Shown: positions 28,487 through 44,231 of the stretch, in pieces | Numbering within the stretch: the stretch's first letter is position 1 | Layout of the letters: each line of letters begins with the position of its first letter | NCBI GenBank assembly: GCA_951406725.2 | Contig: OX597840.1 | Coordinates: forward strand, 39,556,001-39,620,000 | Reading direction: 5' to 3' | Source of the DNA: Octopus vulgaris | Lineage: Eukaryota | DNA length: 64,000 nucleotides | The notes under the pieces: model-generated | The model's database searches: none | Told to the model about the DNA's origin: nothing | Seen by the model: only the letters and a program-made list of their open reading frames with translations | Translations under genes and position numbers: made by a program

Positions 28487-28751
28487 TTTCATCATCCTCA
28501 TCACCACCATCATATTCATCACCACCAACATCATCATCACCATCATCGTCACCATCATCACCGTCATCACCACCGCTATCATCATCATCACCATCATCGT
28601 CATCGTCATCATCATCACCATCATCATCATCACCATCATCATCACCACCATCACCACCACCATCATCACCACCATCATCAACACCATCGTCATCATCATC
28701 ATCACCATCATCACCATCACCATCATCACCATCATCAGCACCATCATCGTC

Positions 28752-28785
<34 letters not shown>

Positions 28786-28877
28786 TCACCATCTTCATCC
28801 TCCTCCTCCTCATCCTCATCATCATTATTATTATTATTATTATCATCATCATCATCATCATTATCATCATCATTATT

Positions 28878-28954
<77 letters not shown>

Positions 28955-29015
28955 TATCATCATCATTATTATTATCATCATCATCATCATCATCATCAAC
29001 ATTATAGTTATTATA

Positions 29016-29054
<39 letters not shown>

Positions 29055-29055
29055 G
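28210..29055. repeat. (CAT)n/(CAC)n/(TAT)n tract with 198-bp internal duplication
   Basis: ttttcatcatcctcatcaccaccatcatattc at 28288 and 28486. Confidence 0.95.
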
Positions 29056-29555
29056 TTGTTACTTATAACAAAACCGGATTTTTTTTTTCTCCATTACTCT
29101 TCCTAATATAATTTAGTCATTTGATTTTTATCTTCCCGTTCGTATTTTATAATTTCACAAAGGAAACCATAACAGAAACAATACATATGAAATAATTTTA
29201 TATTTTTGCAGCTGTTGTTGTTGTCGTTGTTGTTGTCGTATCAAATAAGATAGGACAAGAACAACAGCAACAACAACAACAAGGGCAATAACAGTTGAAA
29301 TTGAAAAATCACTCACCCTACCCCAATAAAAGAACACGAGAGAGAAAAAAAAAACAGAATTCGAGAAGAGAGAAACGGAATTAAATTAAATTTAAACAAT
29401 TGAAATTTAATATTTAAATTTATAATTCCCTTTACTGAAATAAAATATAATCTGATTTCAATATCAATTGAGAATTTTATTTATAATTCTATATATGTAA
29501 TTATTGGATGAAGACAGATTCAGAATGAATGAACAGTATCTGAGTTCTAACTTAC

Positions 29556-29876
29556 CTGCCCTCTTCACGACTCTGGGTTTTGACCTTCGACGATACATAA
29601 CACGTACGAATGTATTATATGCGAAACAGAGATACTGAGAGGGTCTATGTGGATGCTTGGTGCACAGATAGACCCTCTTTTTATCTGAATTTGTCCCTCA
29701 AGGTATTCCAAAATTTATTCCAATTATTAGAACGACCAAAATATATATAAAGGAAATGACAGTTCCACCCCACCATCACTGTTCGAAATAATTTGTTTTC
29801 AGACGGTATGAATTGATTTGTTGCAGTTTGTGTGACCCCTTTCGTGGCAAAACACCTGATTACAGAGACGCCAATG
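29556..29876 (-). pseudogene. Possible decayed B-box (TRIM-like) zinc-finger fragment
   Basis: Minus translations WRLCNQVFCHERGHTNCNKSIH and VYLCTKHPHRPSQYLCFAYNTFVRVM; Cys/His spacing resembles B-box1/B-box2 with substitutions; CAG|gtaagt at 29556. Confidence 0.3.
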
Positions 29877-29879
29877 ATG

Positions 29880-30060
29880 GGCCATCAATTTCGAGGAAGG
29901 GGTAAGTCAGTCACATCTACCCCAGTATTCAACTGGTGCTCGATTTTCGATCTCGAAAGGATGAAAGGTAAAGTCGACCTCGGCGGAATTTGAACACGGA
30001 ACGTAAAAACAGACGTAATACTGCAAAACATTTCGCCCGGCGTGCCCCAGTCAACAGCCT
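29880..30060 (-). mobile_element. Old SINE-A monomer
   Basis: gaaaggatgaaaggtaaagtcgacctcggcggaatttgaacacggaacg...catttcgcccggcgtgc. Confidence 0.8.
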
Positions 30061-30339
30061 TATCATTACTGGTACTTTAAACAATTCGGCTGCATATTTC
30101 TGTGAATAAAATCGTTTTTCTTTGGAATAGAAAAAAAGTCTATATTTATTTCTTTTGCTGGTGCCTCAAAGTTAGGTTAAACCAGTGTTTCTCAAAGGAG
30201 AGGCCTGTGGGACGGTCAGACAAGTTGTTTTGAGAAAATTTGGTTTAAATGTTTGACAACTCAATACCATCCATTGGGCGGCGGGGGGCGTTTTACTCGT
30301 TCTGTAATATTGGGACAAGGCATGGGGTGCAGGTGTTCG

Positions 30340-30865
30340 AAATCACACGGAAAACTTCCCAGTCAGTCTTGGCTAAGTTCTAAAACAAAATTACAATAAG
30401 TAATCATCACAGACATGCTATTTCCAGATGATGCAACAATGACAACGTATTCGGTGGAGAAACTGCATTTCCGCAGCATAATGGAACCTGTTGAGACTTC
30501 GGCTTTAGCATCAGTTTAAAGAAATGAAACAGGCTGAGCCAAAGTATTAAGATCTCCCTTAAAAGAATCATTAAATATACCGGCCTGTAAGCAGTCTACA
30601 ATTCCACATAGCTTGGTCTCACCATATCTGACAGCCTCTCTCAACAATATCAGATCAACAGATGTACTGAAAGCGCAACGTCAGCACTGACTAAACTGAC
30701 TATAAGAACCTAGTAGAACATTAAGCTAAAAGCGCCCAACAATTTTGCAACCTACATAGCTTTCGCCCTTAGGAATCTGCTTTAAGGCAGCGCGGCCAAA
30801 ACCAGCTACTCCTCACAAAACGGGGTTCTCCATGCCTTGCACTTACATACGGATTCTGAACATCG
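30340..30865 (+). mobile_element. Decayed RTE-clade LINE reverse-transcriptase fragment
   Basis: DMLFPDDA (30412-30435, cf. LFADD), DFGFSISLKK, FT*LGLTISD, LL*GS in RTE order, with stops and frameshifts. Confidence 0.75.
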
Positions 30866-30902
30866 TGTAAACTGATTGACTCATCATCAATAATACTCAA
30901 GC

Positions 30903-31125
30903 TACCTATTTCCTTATTGCCCACAAGGGGCTAAACACAGAGAGCACAAACAAGGACAGACAAACGGATTAAGTCGATTACATCGACCCCAGTGCGTGAC
31001 TGGTACTTATTTAATCGACCCCGAAAGGATGAAAGGCAAAGTCGACCTCGGCGGAATTTGAAATCAGAACGTAGCGGCAGATGAAATACCTATTATCGAC
31101 CCCAGTGCGTAACTGGTACTTATTA
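30903..31125 (-). mobile_element. Headless young SINE-A unit plus partial unit
   Basis: tacctatttcc...ggcagatgaaatacctattatcgaccccagtgcg. Confidence 0.85.
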
Positions 31126-31569
31126 TTTTATATCATTAGTAGTAGTAATGGTATTATCAATACCAATAACACTATCAATAGTAGTAGTGGTGGTATGGTC
31201 GTGTTGGAGTTACTAATATTAGTATTAGTGGTGGTGCTCTTAGTAGAAACAGTCGCCTCAGTTACACTTTGACCTTCATAGGAGGCGCAGATTTTTCTAT
31301 CTTGGTTAACTCTCGTCGTAGTGCTAGGGTTGAAAGTCTGGTGTATATCATCAATATTGGTCTAGACAAGTAACCCACTCCACCATACATCCGGAAACTG
31401 ACACCCCCGCCAGTGAACTGGAAGTACCGCAGGTGAGACACATTCGTCAGCACTAGCCTCACCCGTATAACACTCGATCGAAACTAAAAACGATTAACAA
31501 CTGTGATGGATATATAATACTGCACATTTCAGATAAAATATATAATATTGTACATTTCGGATGATATAC

Positions 31570-32112
<543 letters not shown>

Positions 32113-32188
32113 CGTAGATATATATATACATCTATATCTATATATATGTATGTATATATATATATGTGTGTGTGTGTGTGTCTGCGTG

Positions 32189-32242
<54 letters not shown>

Positions 32243-32455
32243 AATTTGTATGTATATATATGTTTTTGTATGTGTGTTCATGTATGCATGTATGTATGTA
32301 TGTGTGTGTGTGAGTGTACCCACCCAAGCAAATGTTTATATGTATACCCACACGTTCATATAGGTGGCGTATTCTTCTGTGAGCATAGAGTATTAATAAT
32401 ATTGAAAAATGAAGTAGTTGGGAACTTTTAATGAATTATATATTTCATAAATCTC

Positions 32456-35370
<2,915 letters not shown>

Positions 35371-35941
35371 TGGATAATTTTTTTCAATATAAAATATAGT
35401 GTATATAATATATATTCTTGAATATCTTTGGACTCACACACTCACATACATACAATATCAGCATACAAAAGTATTTTTATTATTGTTCATAAATACAATT
35501 TATACATAACCCTAGAATATATGTACCTGTGTGTATTCTGCGGATGCGTTCTGCGTGCAATCAGCGTTGTGTATGTACGGGTGTTTAAGTGTTTTCTGTA
35601 CACTCCATATATGCTTGTGTGTGTGTGTGCGTGTGTGTGTAATAGTTCTTGCCCTGTGTTCCTGGCAATGATGAAAGTTAAACTCCGCTCCGCCGGGATT
35701 TACACTCATCGCGTAAATTAAAAGGAAATGAAGACAGCAAGACATTTAATCAGCCACTCACCAGTTCTTGGAACAGCTTCATATTATAAAGAAACATATA
35801 AAAGACAATTCCTTCGACATTTTTTAGGATATTGGCCATGTCCAATATTTTATTTCTTAGACGCGTCTAACAATTCAGTTTATTCTAATGGTTTTCATCT
35901 AAACGATTTTGAAATTGTATTTTATTGATCTGTAAATGGAA

Positions 35942-36765
35942 CGCGGCGATTTGTCAAGGTGTCGGACCATATGCTTAGCGGCGTTTCTTCCGACTCTTTA
36001 CGTTCTGGTTTCAATTCCACCTAGGTTGACTTTGCATTTAAATCGTTTTGGGGTCAATAAAATATATACCTATTTCTTTACTACCCACAAGGGGCTAAAT
36101 ACAGAAGGGACAAACAAGGACAGACAAACGGATTAAGTTGATTACATCGACCCCAGTGCGTAACTGGTACTTATTTAATAGAATGAAAGGGAAGAATGAA
36201 AGAATGAAAGAATGAAATGAAGAATGAAAGGGAAAGTCGACCTCGGCGGAATTTGAGCTCAGAACGTAGCAACAGACGAAATACTTATTTGTTTACTACC
36301 CACAAGGGGCTAAATGCAGAGAGGACAAACAAGGACAGACAAACGGATTAAGTCGATTACATAGATCCCAGTGCGTAACTGGTACGTATTTAAGTTGACA
36401 TCGGCGGAATTTGAACTCAGAACGTAGCGGCAGACCAAATGCCTATTTCTTTACTACTCACAATGGGCTAAACATAGAGAGGACAAACAAAGACAGACAA
36501 ATGGATTAAGTCGATTATATCGACCCCAGTGCGTAACTGGTACTTATTTAATCGACCCCGAAAGAATGAAAGACAAAGTCGACCTCGGTGGAATTTGAAC
36601 TCGGAATGTAGCGGAAGACGGAATACCGCTAAGAATTTTGCCCGGCGTGCTAGCGATTCTGCCAGCTCGCCGCCTTTGATAAAATATATACCAGTCAGCT
36701 ATTAAGGTCATCCGAATCGACTACTTCCTCGTACAAAATTTCGGGCATTGTGCCTATACCAGAAA
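35942..36765 (+). mobile_element. Old SINE-A interrupted by an antisense young trimer
   Basis: Old 5' part 35942-36070; old 3' part 36679-36765 (ccagtc...aaatttcgggcattgtgcctat). Confidence 0.8.
36071..36676 (-). mobile_element. Young SINE-A trimer with perfect 14-bp TSD
   Basis: Starts 36071, 36286, 36444; ataaaatatatacc at 36057-36070 and 36679-36692. Confidence 0.92.
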
Positions 36766-37156
36766 GTGTTGTTACGTAAATGTTCGCGCTCTAGTGACAC
36801 GTGGTAGGCGACGAGATCACTATATTGCCTCCGCCTGCATCAGACATTATTCGAGAAAGTTCAAGCTGAATGCTGTGATACTAAACCAAACGAACACACA
36901 CAAATACTCACACACAGGCACGCACATAATCACATGCACGCACACACACACACACACGTGTATATGCATATACAAAGCAAATGAGAGATATCTGTAAGAG
37001 AATTCTTTGTCATCGTCCATCTAATTCAGTGGTACCCAAAGTGGGCAGTACAAAGTGGGCTCCCTTGGGGAAAGATCCGATCCACAGGGGCGTTGAAAAA
37101 AAGTGGAATGATAACTGGGTGGCCAAAATGGGTTGATAGATTAAAAAAAATATTAT

Positions 37157-37330
37157 AGGCGTAGGAGTGGCTGTGTGGTAAGTAGCTAGCTTACCAACCC
37201 AATGGTACCGGGTACAGTCCCACTGCGTGGCACGTTGGGCAAGTGTCTTCTACTATAGCCTGAGGCCGTCACCGTAACTTACCAGTTCGGCAAAAAGAAC
37301 CGATAGAATAAGTACTAGGCTCCCAAAGAA
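37157..37330 (+). mobile_element. SINE-C (tRNA head, CORE-like domain), internally deleted
   Basis: ggcgtaggagtggctgtgtggtaag (A-box), gggtacagtccc (B-box), ttgggcaagtgtcttctactatagcc (CORE-like). Confidence 0.85.
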
Positions 37331-37476
37331 TTAGTCGAGCAAATCAACCCCAGGACGTATCCTTTGTAAGCCTAGTACTTATTCTATATGGCACTTTTGC
37401 CGAACTGCTAAGTTACGTGGACGTTAACACAACAGCATCGGTTGTCAAGCGATGTTGGGGGCACAAACACAAACAC

Positions 37477-37537
<61 letters not shown>

Positions 37538-37698
37538 CATATGTACGAGGGGCTTCTTTCAGTTTCCGTCTACCAAATCCACTCACAAGGCTTTGGTCGG
37601 ACTGAGGCTATAGCAGAAGACACTTGCCCAAGGTGCCACACAGTGGGACTGAACACGGAACTATGTGGTTCGTAAGCAAGCTACTTACCACACAGCCA
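37331..37698 (-). mobile_element. SINE-C with internal (TA)n, tail-to-tail with the previous copy
   Basis: acacttgcccaaggtgccacacagtgggactgaac...cttaccacacagccac. Confidence 0.88.
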
Positions 37699-37754
37699 CA
37701 GACTCACACATGCACAGACACAGAATGGGCGAATACTGGCATTCCTCAAACAAC

Positions 37755-37830
37755 TTTGACCTGACTTGTGCCCCGGAGGATTACTTTCTAGGTGCAATCC
37801 TATGGTCAGTCATGACCAAAGGGGATCTCC
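37755..37830 (+). mobile_element. SINE-E 3' tail
   Basis: actttctaggtgcaatcctatggtcagtcatgacc matches the reverse complement of 45990-46030. Confidence 0.7.
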
Positions 37831-38756
37831 TCCATATATAGGACGGATATCCTTCATTTTCCGCCAACCAGTTTCTACCCACCACTTACAAGACTTTGGT
37901 TAGCCCGTGACTACAGTACAAGACATTTATTAAAGCAAGCAACTTACCACACAGCCACACCCGTCTTTCTGCATAAATTTCCAAGAGACTTATAATTTTG
38001 AAACTAAACAGTGCATCGCATTCCCACGCGTCCTATAAGTAAGTATTTTATAAAAACGCAAACTTTGTCGAGGCTTCCTTTATAAAGACTACCACATACT
38101 TATGAACAATCAGTTGAAAAAAGTGCCTAAGATCACACCCATATGTGATCTACACAAATACACACACACACACAGAGGAAGCAAACATTAATTACAAAGA
38201 GTAGACTGATACGACAAGTTTACCGACAATATATCATAAAGTATTATACTTCTTTCCACGGATTAAATTGGATTATCTCACCAGTTTTGACAAGAACTTG
38301 ACATTTATGGTTATTGGTAAATGTCCTTTGCCATTATCTAACTCTTGTTTAACACATAAAACGAAAATTGATGACTGTATTAAAATAGATACTTCATTAT
38401 TTGGAGTCTGGCAACATTTTTATGTAACCAGTTCATATTATTTTTATTTTCGTTTATTTTATTTTATTTTTCTCATTATTTTTTTTTTTCCCATAGTCAT
38501 TTATTTCTTGGTGTTGATCTTCGGTTTCAGCTTCCGACGTCAAACTTACGGTTCCGTTGAATGTATATGTGTGTGTGTATATACACATAAAACAAAAAGA
38601 CATATATATATATATATATATATAACGTATATGTATACGTAATACACATCAGGTACGCGGAAATATACATCTCTCTCTTTATCAGTCTCTCCGTCTTTCT
38701 CTCTCGCTCACTCTTATATGTAAATAGATGGATACAGAAATACATATATATATATG

Positions 38757-38816
<60 letters not shown>

Positions 38817-38953
38817 TACATATATGTATATATCTATCTATATATATATATGTGTATATATATGGATATATATATATATATAATGTACACACACACATAT
38901 ATAGCTATTTATTTGTATATGTATATATATATACACACATATATCTATTTATA

Positions 38954-39013
<60 letters not shown>

Positions 39014-39399
39014 CATAAATGTATATATGCGTGCATATATGTTTGTATGTGTGTGTGTGTGTGTGTGTATCTATCTGTGGCATTCGTATACGATTGTTTT
39101 ACAGTTGTTTGTGTTGAAAGAAGACCATAACCTGCCGACGCTTGTCTCTTCTTTGATTTCGTTTATGAGTTACTGCCTGTACTTTGGCAGGTTTTATTTT
39201 TACTGCTGCTGGACACTCAGCCACATATGAAATATAATAAACTGGGAGTGCTGGTTGGGAATTTCTCTCAGGGTCAGGTGCCTCATGGAACTTGACGCAT
39301 ACAGTGTTAATTAACCTGTGTGCCATGTGATCTGCACCTGTCTGTTTGTAATTTCCTTCATTGTCCTCTCTCTCTCTCCCTGTCTATCTCTTGTCTTCT

Positions 39400-39616
39400 T
39401 TGTGTAAGTGACCGCGTGTGTATCGTTGGCGATTTCTTTGCCTCCGTCTTCCCTTCCTTGGATCTTTCCTTTTTCCTATCTTTCTGACGAAGAGCTCCGC
39501 TCGAAATGTTGAATCCTCCTGATTTCTTCCCTTTCCTAAGCGTCCAATAACACTATACTTGTTCCACGTCCACGCGTTGTTGTGTTTTCTCTTTGTGTTT
39601 TCATGTTTGGATTAAC

Positions 39617-39618
<2 letters not shown>
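39400..39618 (+). mobile_element. Penelope-like pLTR fragment ending at (TA)n
   Basis: Hammerhead motif at 39484-39510; 3' end shared with 4458-4536. Confidence 0.6.
39480..39515 (+). ncRNA. Minimal type I hammerhead ribozyme motif (Penelope-associated type)
   Basis: CTGACGA-A-GAGC-tcc-GCTC-GAAA-tgtt; helices I and III degenerate. Confidence 0.55.
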
Positions 39619-39653
<35 letters not shown>

Positions 39654-39889
39654 ATCTGTATATACTTTATGACGTATGACGTACCTGTCATTTGTAATTA
39701 TGTGCCATTCCATCGCAGGTATTGAAGAACAGTGCCTTGACGGTTTTAGTGGAACAATCCACCCCACTATTTCTTTTCAACCTGTCATTTATTTTAACAG
39801 TCACTACTGACGAAGTCGTTTTGTTATGGTGATATAAACAAACCGGTACCAGTTTTCAAGCGGTAAGAGGAACACACGCAAACACAAAG

Positions 39890-39938
<49 letters not shown>

Positions 39939-40523
39939 TTTAAATTTGACAGAAATGAGGGGGGGCTTCTTCGCTGGTGTATATGTAACGCACTTAGTTG
40001 CGTTAATGAAAGGGATGAGGGTTTGACTCTCACGCGAATAGCAAAGCCTTCTTTTTTTTCCTGTCGAGGGCTTATATGCCCTTTTATTAGACTATTTTTT
40101 ATTAGTCATTGCATGGTGATCGCCATAAGCTTTAAGCTTATATAAAAAATACTATTATTATTATTCACAGGATTGTAAAACACGGCACCGTATAAAACAA
40201 ACCATACCGAAAGCATATATATATATATATATATATTTGTGTGTGTGTGTGTGAGGCTTCCATTCAGTTTCCGACACCCAAATTCACTTACGAAACATTG
40301 GTGCCTGGCTCAAGGTGCAATTCAGTGGGATCGAACGCGAAACCATGTGGATGCAAAGGAAGATTCATAAATATACGGCCACGCCCGGGTACATATGTTT
40401 GAGTACGTGCGCGCGGGCGTGTTACTACACATATACATTTACTCGTGCACCCAGATATGTACTACGCATGTATACCCCCACTTGCTTACGTCATCTAATC
40501 CTAGACATATAAGTAAATGAATA

Positions 40524-40846
40524 AACCAGCACTCCGTCGGTTACGACGAGGGACTCAGTTCATCCGATCAACGGAACAGCCTGCTCGAGAACCTAACGTT
40601 AAAGTGGCTGAGTACTCCACAGACACACGTATCTTTTACGTAATTCTCATGAAGATTCAACGTGAAACAGAATGTGAAAATGTTAACGCTTTAAAAGGAG
40701 AGTCAGTATTCATAGTCGCCAGATGTGTAGACGGGAGAAACGAGAAATAAAGGGCCTTGTTCAAAGAGCACAACGCTATGTCAGAAATCGAACCCACGTC
40801 CTTACGATCTTGAGCTGAGTACCCTAACGACTAAGCCACGTAGCTT
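40524..40846 (-). mobile_element. SINE with E-type head and D-type tail, decayed TSD
   Basis: gcactccgtcggttacgacgaggg (D tail); aatcgaacccacg...ctaacgactaagccacg (tRNA head); flanks taagtaaatgaata (40510) and taagtatatgatta (40847). Confidence 0.75.
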
Positions 40847-41087
40847 TAAGTATATGATTAGTATTGTATCCGTATATCAAGAGCGGATACAGAAAAAAAT
40901 GCGAAGTATAAAGAATAAAAACCAGACATAGAAATACAGGAATTGATTTCCATGCCACAAGATTACGCTAAGACTTCATTTCACCGAATATCTTGGTATG
41001 TGATTATAAAACCATTTCAGTGCTTAATCACAATATACATATAAAAGAATGTGTGTGTGGAGAGGATACAGGGTGTGGGTGTATGTG

Positions 41088-41292
41088 TGCCTAGACGTTC
41101 TTGTTATCCCTCTCCGTTTTCTTTCTCTTTTTCATTGTTTTCTTTCCTTATTTCTTTCAGTAAAAGATCGCAGGATCGAAACGTCAAAGACTTCTTCCAC
41201 TTTTCTTAAGCGTGAAACTAAGATTCCTTGTTTGTTGCTCTCTCACATATCTTTGTTGTCTGTTTTTCTTTATTTGGGGGACATTTCGAACT
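41088..41292 (+). mobile_element. Penelope-like fragment with decayed hammerhead
   Basis: tcttt-cagtaaa-a-GATC-gcag-GATC-GAAACGTC-aaaga (41153-41190); homologous to 53699-53880; ends at (TA)n. Confidence 0.6.
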
Positions 41293-41310
41293 ATATATAT
41301 ATATATATAT

Positions 41311-41474
41311 ATTTCTTTACTACCCACAAGGGGCTAAACACAGAGGGGACAAACAAGGACAGACAAATGGATGAACTCGATTACGTCGACCCCAGTGCGT
41401 AACTGGTACTTATTTAATCGACCGCGAAAGGATGAAAGGCAAAGTCGACCTCAGCGGAATTTGAACTCAAAACG

Positions 41475-41478
<4 letters not shown>
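41311..41478 (-). mobile_element. Headless young SINE-A unit inside (TA)n
   Basis: tttctttactacccacaagggg...aacgtaac flanked by (TA)n. Confidence 0.9.
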
Positions 41479-41518
<40 letters not shown>

Positions 41519-41522
<4 letters not shown>

Positions 41523-42652
41523 ATATATTAATAAATAAAACATATGCATATATATATATACATATATGTACTACCTACCTCTACATGTATATATACACGC
41601 ATATATGAGTACAGGACACCAAAAAAACGTCGAACACAATGAGAAACGAAAACATAGACACAAACCCAAGGAACTGACATTTTTCTTAAACAACAAAAAA
41701 ATAGAGTACAGGACAAATAACACAAGGAAAAAACCCTTCTTCAGTCGCCATTGTTTCATCTACTCTACGTTTCGAAGGTGAAGGCGAGACGTATCTTCGA
41801 TAGAAACTTTCCTTCCTGCGAAAAGCAAATCAAATAAAATTTGAGATCTTTTTGCAGAGGGGTAAAAATGGTAACAAAACCAGGACAGTAACGACAGTAC
41901 AAAATATAAGCAGTAAAAGACAGGACAAGGAAAATAACAAGACAAGAAGGGCTGTTAAGCCGAACGAAAAAAAAGGATTACGAACGCTATGTCTGTGAAC
42001 GGTGAAGGGAGCAAAGAAAATTGCCGTCCACACCTCAAGAAGGTCAGGCGAGAAAGAATGTGGCAAGGCTCTCGTCGCGGGTTAACAGCGGGAGGGAGGA
42101 GGAGGAGTAAGAGAAACGGAGAGAAGAAAGGGGAATGGCTGTGAGGAAACCAGAAAGAATGAAGAATGAGAGAGAGGGAGAGAGAGAGAGTGAAGAATGA
42201 GAGAGAGAGAGAGACAGTTAAGTAGAAGAAAAGGAAATCAAAGAATGAAGGCTGAGAAAGGGAGGGGGCAGAAAGGTTAAGAGTGCGCATCAAAATTAAT
42301 ATCAAGAACAATCTTACTTAGAAAGGGATGCGTGCGTTCTGTCATATAATATATTAATAAATAAAACATATGCATATATACATACATATATGTACGTACC
42401 TACCTCTTCATGCATATATACACGCATATATGAGTACAGGACACCAAAAAAACGTCGAACACAATGGGAAACGAAAACATAGACACAAACCCAAGGAAGT
42501 AGACATTTTTCTTAAACAACAAAAAAATAGAGTACAGGACAAATAACACAAGGAAAAAACCCCTTCTTCAGTCGCCATGGTTTCATCTACTCTACGTTTC
42601 GAAGGTGAAGGCGAGACGTATCTTCGATAGACACTTTCCTTCCTGCGAAAAG
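41519..42652 (-). mobile_element. Terminally redundant non-coding element with ~307-bp direct repeats in (TA)n, Penelope pLTR-like
   Basis: 41519-41825 and 42345-42652 nearly identical; period 826 bp; each repeat has TTCGAAACGTAGAG on minus. Confidence 0.65.
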
Positions 42653-42859
42653 TATGTATATATATATATATATATATATATAAATACACCTCACACACAC
42701 AGACACATGCAAAATGTTTGTAAGTGAGTATGTGTGTATCTCTGTGTGTGTATATGTGTATATCATGACCACAGAGAAAGGTCTAAAATTTAATTGACAA
42801 ATTTTCAAGAATGGGTTTATAATTGGTCAAACTATATAACAATGTTTACCTTTCACCTT

Positions 42860-43072
42860 TTTCAGTCATGTGTCTGCGCCCATGACCATGCTGGAGCACC
42901 ACCCTGAAGGGTTCATATCGAGCCTCCCACTTGTTAATTTAACCACTGCTACCTATTCCCTGGATCTCATTTGTCGAACCACTAAGTTGTCGGTCCGTAA
43001 ACAAACTAACATCGATTATGAAGGAGTAGAGTTGGGATGCAGCCACAAAGACACACAAACGCACCCACACAG

Positions 43073-43124
<52 letters not shown>

Positions 43125-43283
43125 TGTATTTTTGTAAGGGCGGGCTTCTTTCAGTTTCTTTTTACCACACTGATTCTGTTTGTCAGCTCGTACTTATAAT
43201 AGAAGACGCTTGACCAAGGTGCTTTCCTGTGACTCTGGACTCAAGACAATATGGTGGAATCGATCTTCTTAACCACACAGCCA
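42860..43283 (-). mobile_element. Decayed full SINE-C with internal (TA)n
   Basis: accatgctggagcacc tail, gggcttctttcagtttc body, ttaaccacacagcca head. Confidence 0.75.
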
Positions 43284-43359
43284 AAATGCGCTTTGTGAAC
43301 CATATTAGTAACAAGTGAATGAAAATACATAAATAATTTAATGTATAACTATTAATTTC

Positions 43360-43700
43360 AAATTTTGGAAGATGGCCAACAATTTCGAGGTGGGAGACAA
43401 ATGGATTACATCGAACCCAGTGTTCGATAAATACTTATTTTATCGACCCCGAAGGGATGATAGGCAAAATTGTCCGCAAACGGACGAAATGCCGTTAAGC
43501 ATCTTGTCCGGTGTGTTAACGATTCTGTTCTCTCGCTGCATAAATGATTCTGCAACAGGCAAAAATCGCCTTAAATTTGGTGTTTCACTTAATTTATCGA
43601 CCCCGAAAGGATGAACGGTAATGTCGACCTAGGCAGAATTTGAACTCCGATCACAAAGACGGACGAAATACTGCTAACCATTCTGCCAGCTAACCGCCTT
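43360..43700 (-). mobile_element. Two old SINE-A copies
   Basis: tatcgaccccgaa...gacgaaat... occurs twice. Confidence 0.75.
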
Positions 43701-43744
43701 CACATTAATATATAATTATTAACGGTTTAAATATTTATAATTAT

Positions 43745-44030
43745 TGGGTGCTTACAGGGCATCCTTTCCAAGGATAGATATATCAACCATCTGAATTACC
43801 ATGAAAGATCAACTGTATGCAACGTCCGTCTTCATAGAAGCGGTGATCTGATGTGTGTAGTCTGTGAAAGGATTTGCAAGTCGATTTCAGATGAAAAGGC
43901 GCGAAGGTTGGATCGCCGGGATCATATCTCACGAAGTAACCTGATTCATTCCGTAGACATTACAACATTTGTCTGTCACCTGTGTTTCAAACAATGCCAG
44001 GATTGCATCGGAATTGAGGACTATCGATGT
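43745..44030 (+). mobile_element. Possible RTE LINE 3'-end remnant
   Basis: LMCVVCERICKS resembles the C-terminal CxxCxRxCxS zinc finger of RTE ORFs; heavily decayed. Confidence 0.35.
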
Positions 44031-44081
44031 ACGTGTATGTAGGTGTATATATATATGTATATAAATAAATATATTTATATA

Positions 44082-44154
<73 letters not shown>

Positions 44155-44231
44155 GTATATATATATATATTTATATATATATGTATATATATATGTATAT
44201 ATATATTTATATATATATATCAAAGTGAAAG

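Noticed and set aside
28031-29111. Poly-His, poly-Met and poly-Ile ORFs as real proteins
   Set aside because: Three overlapping frames of one triplet microsatellite; no signal peptide or splice support.
31262-31470. GC-richer segment as an HDV-like ribozyme or LINE 5'UTR
   Set aside because: Could not assemble the nested pseudoknot; family unidentified.
39099-39326. 75-aa minus ORF
   Set aside because: No recognisable motif or splice signals; adjacent to a repeat.
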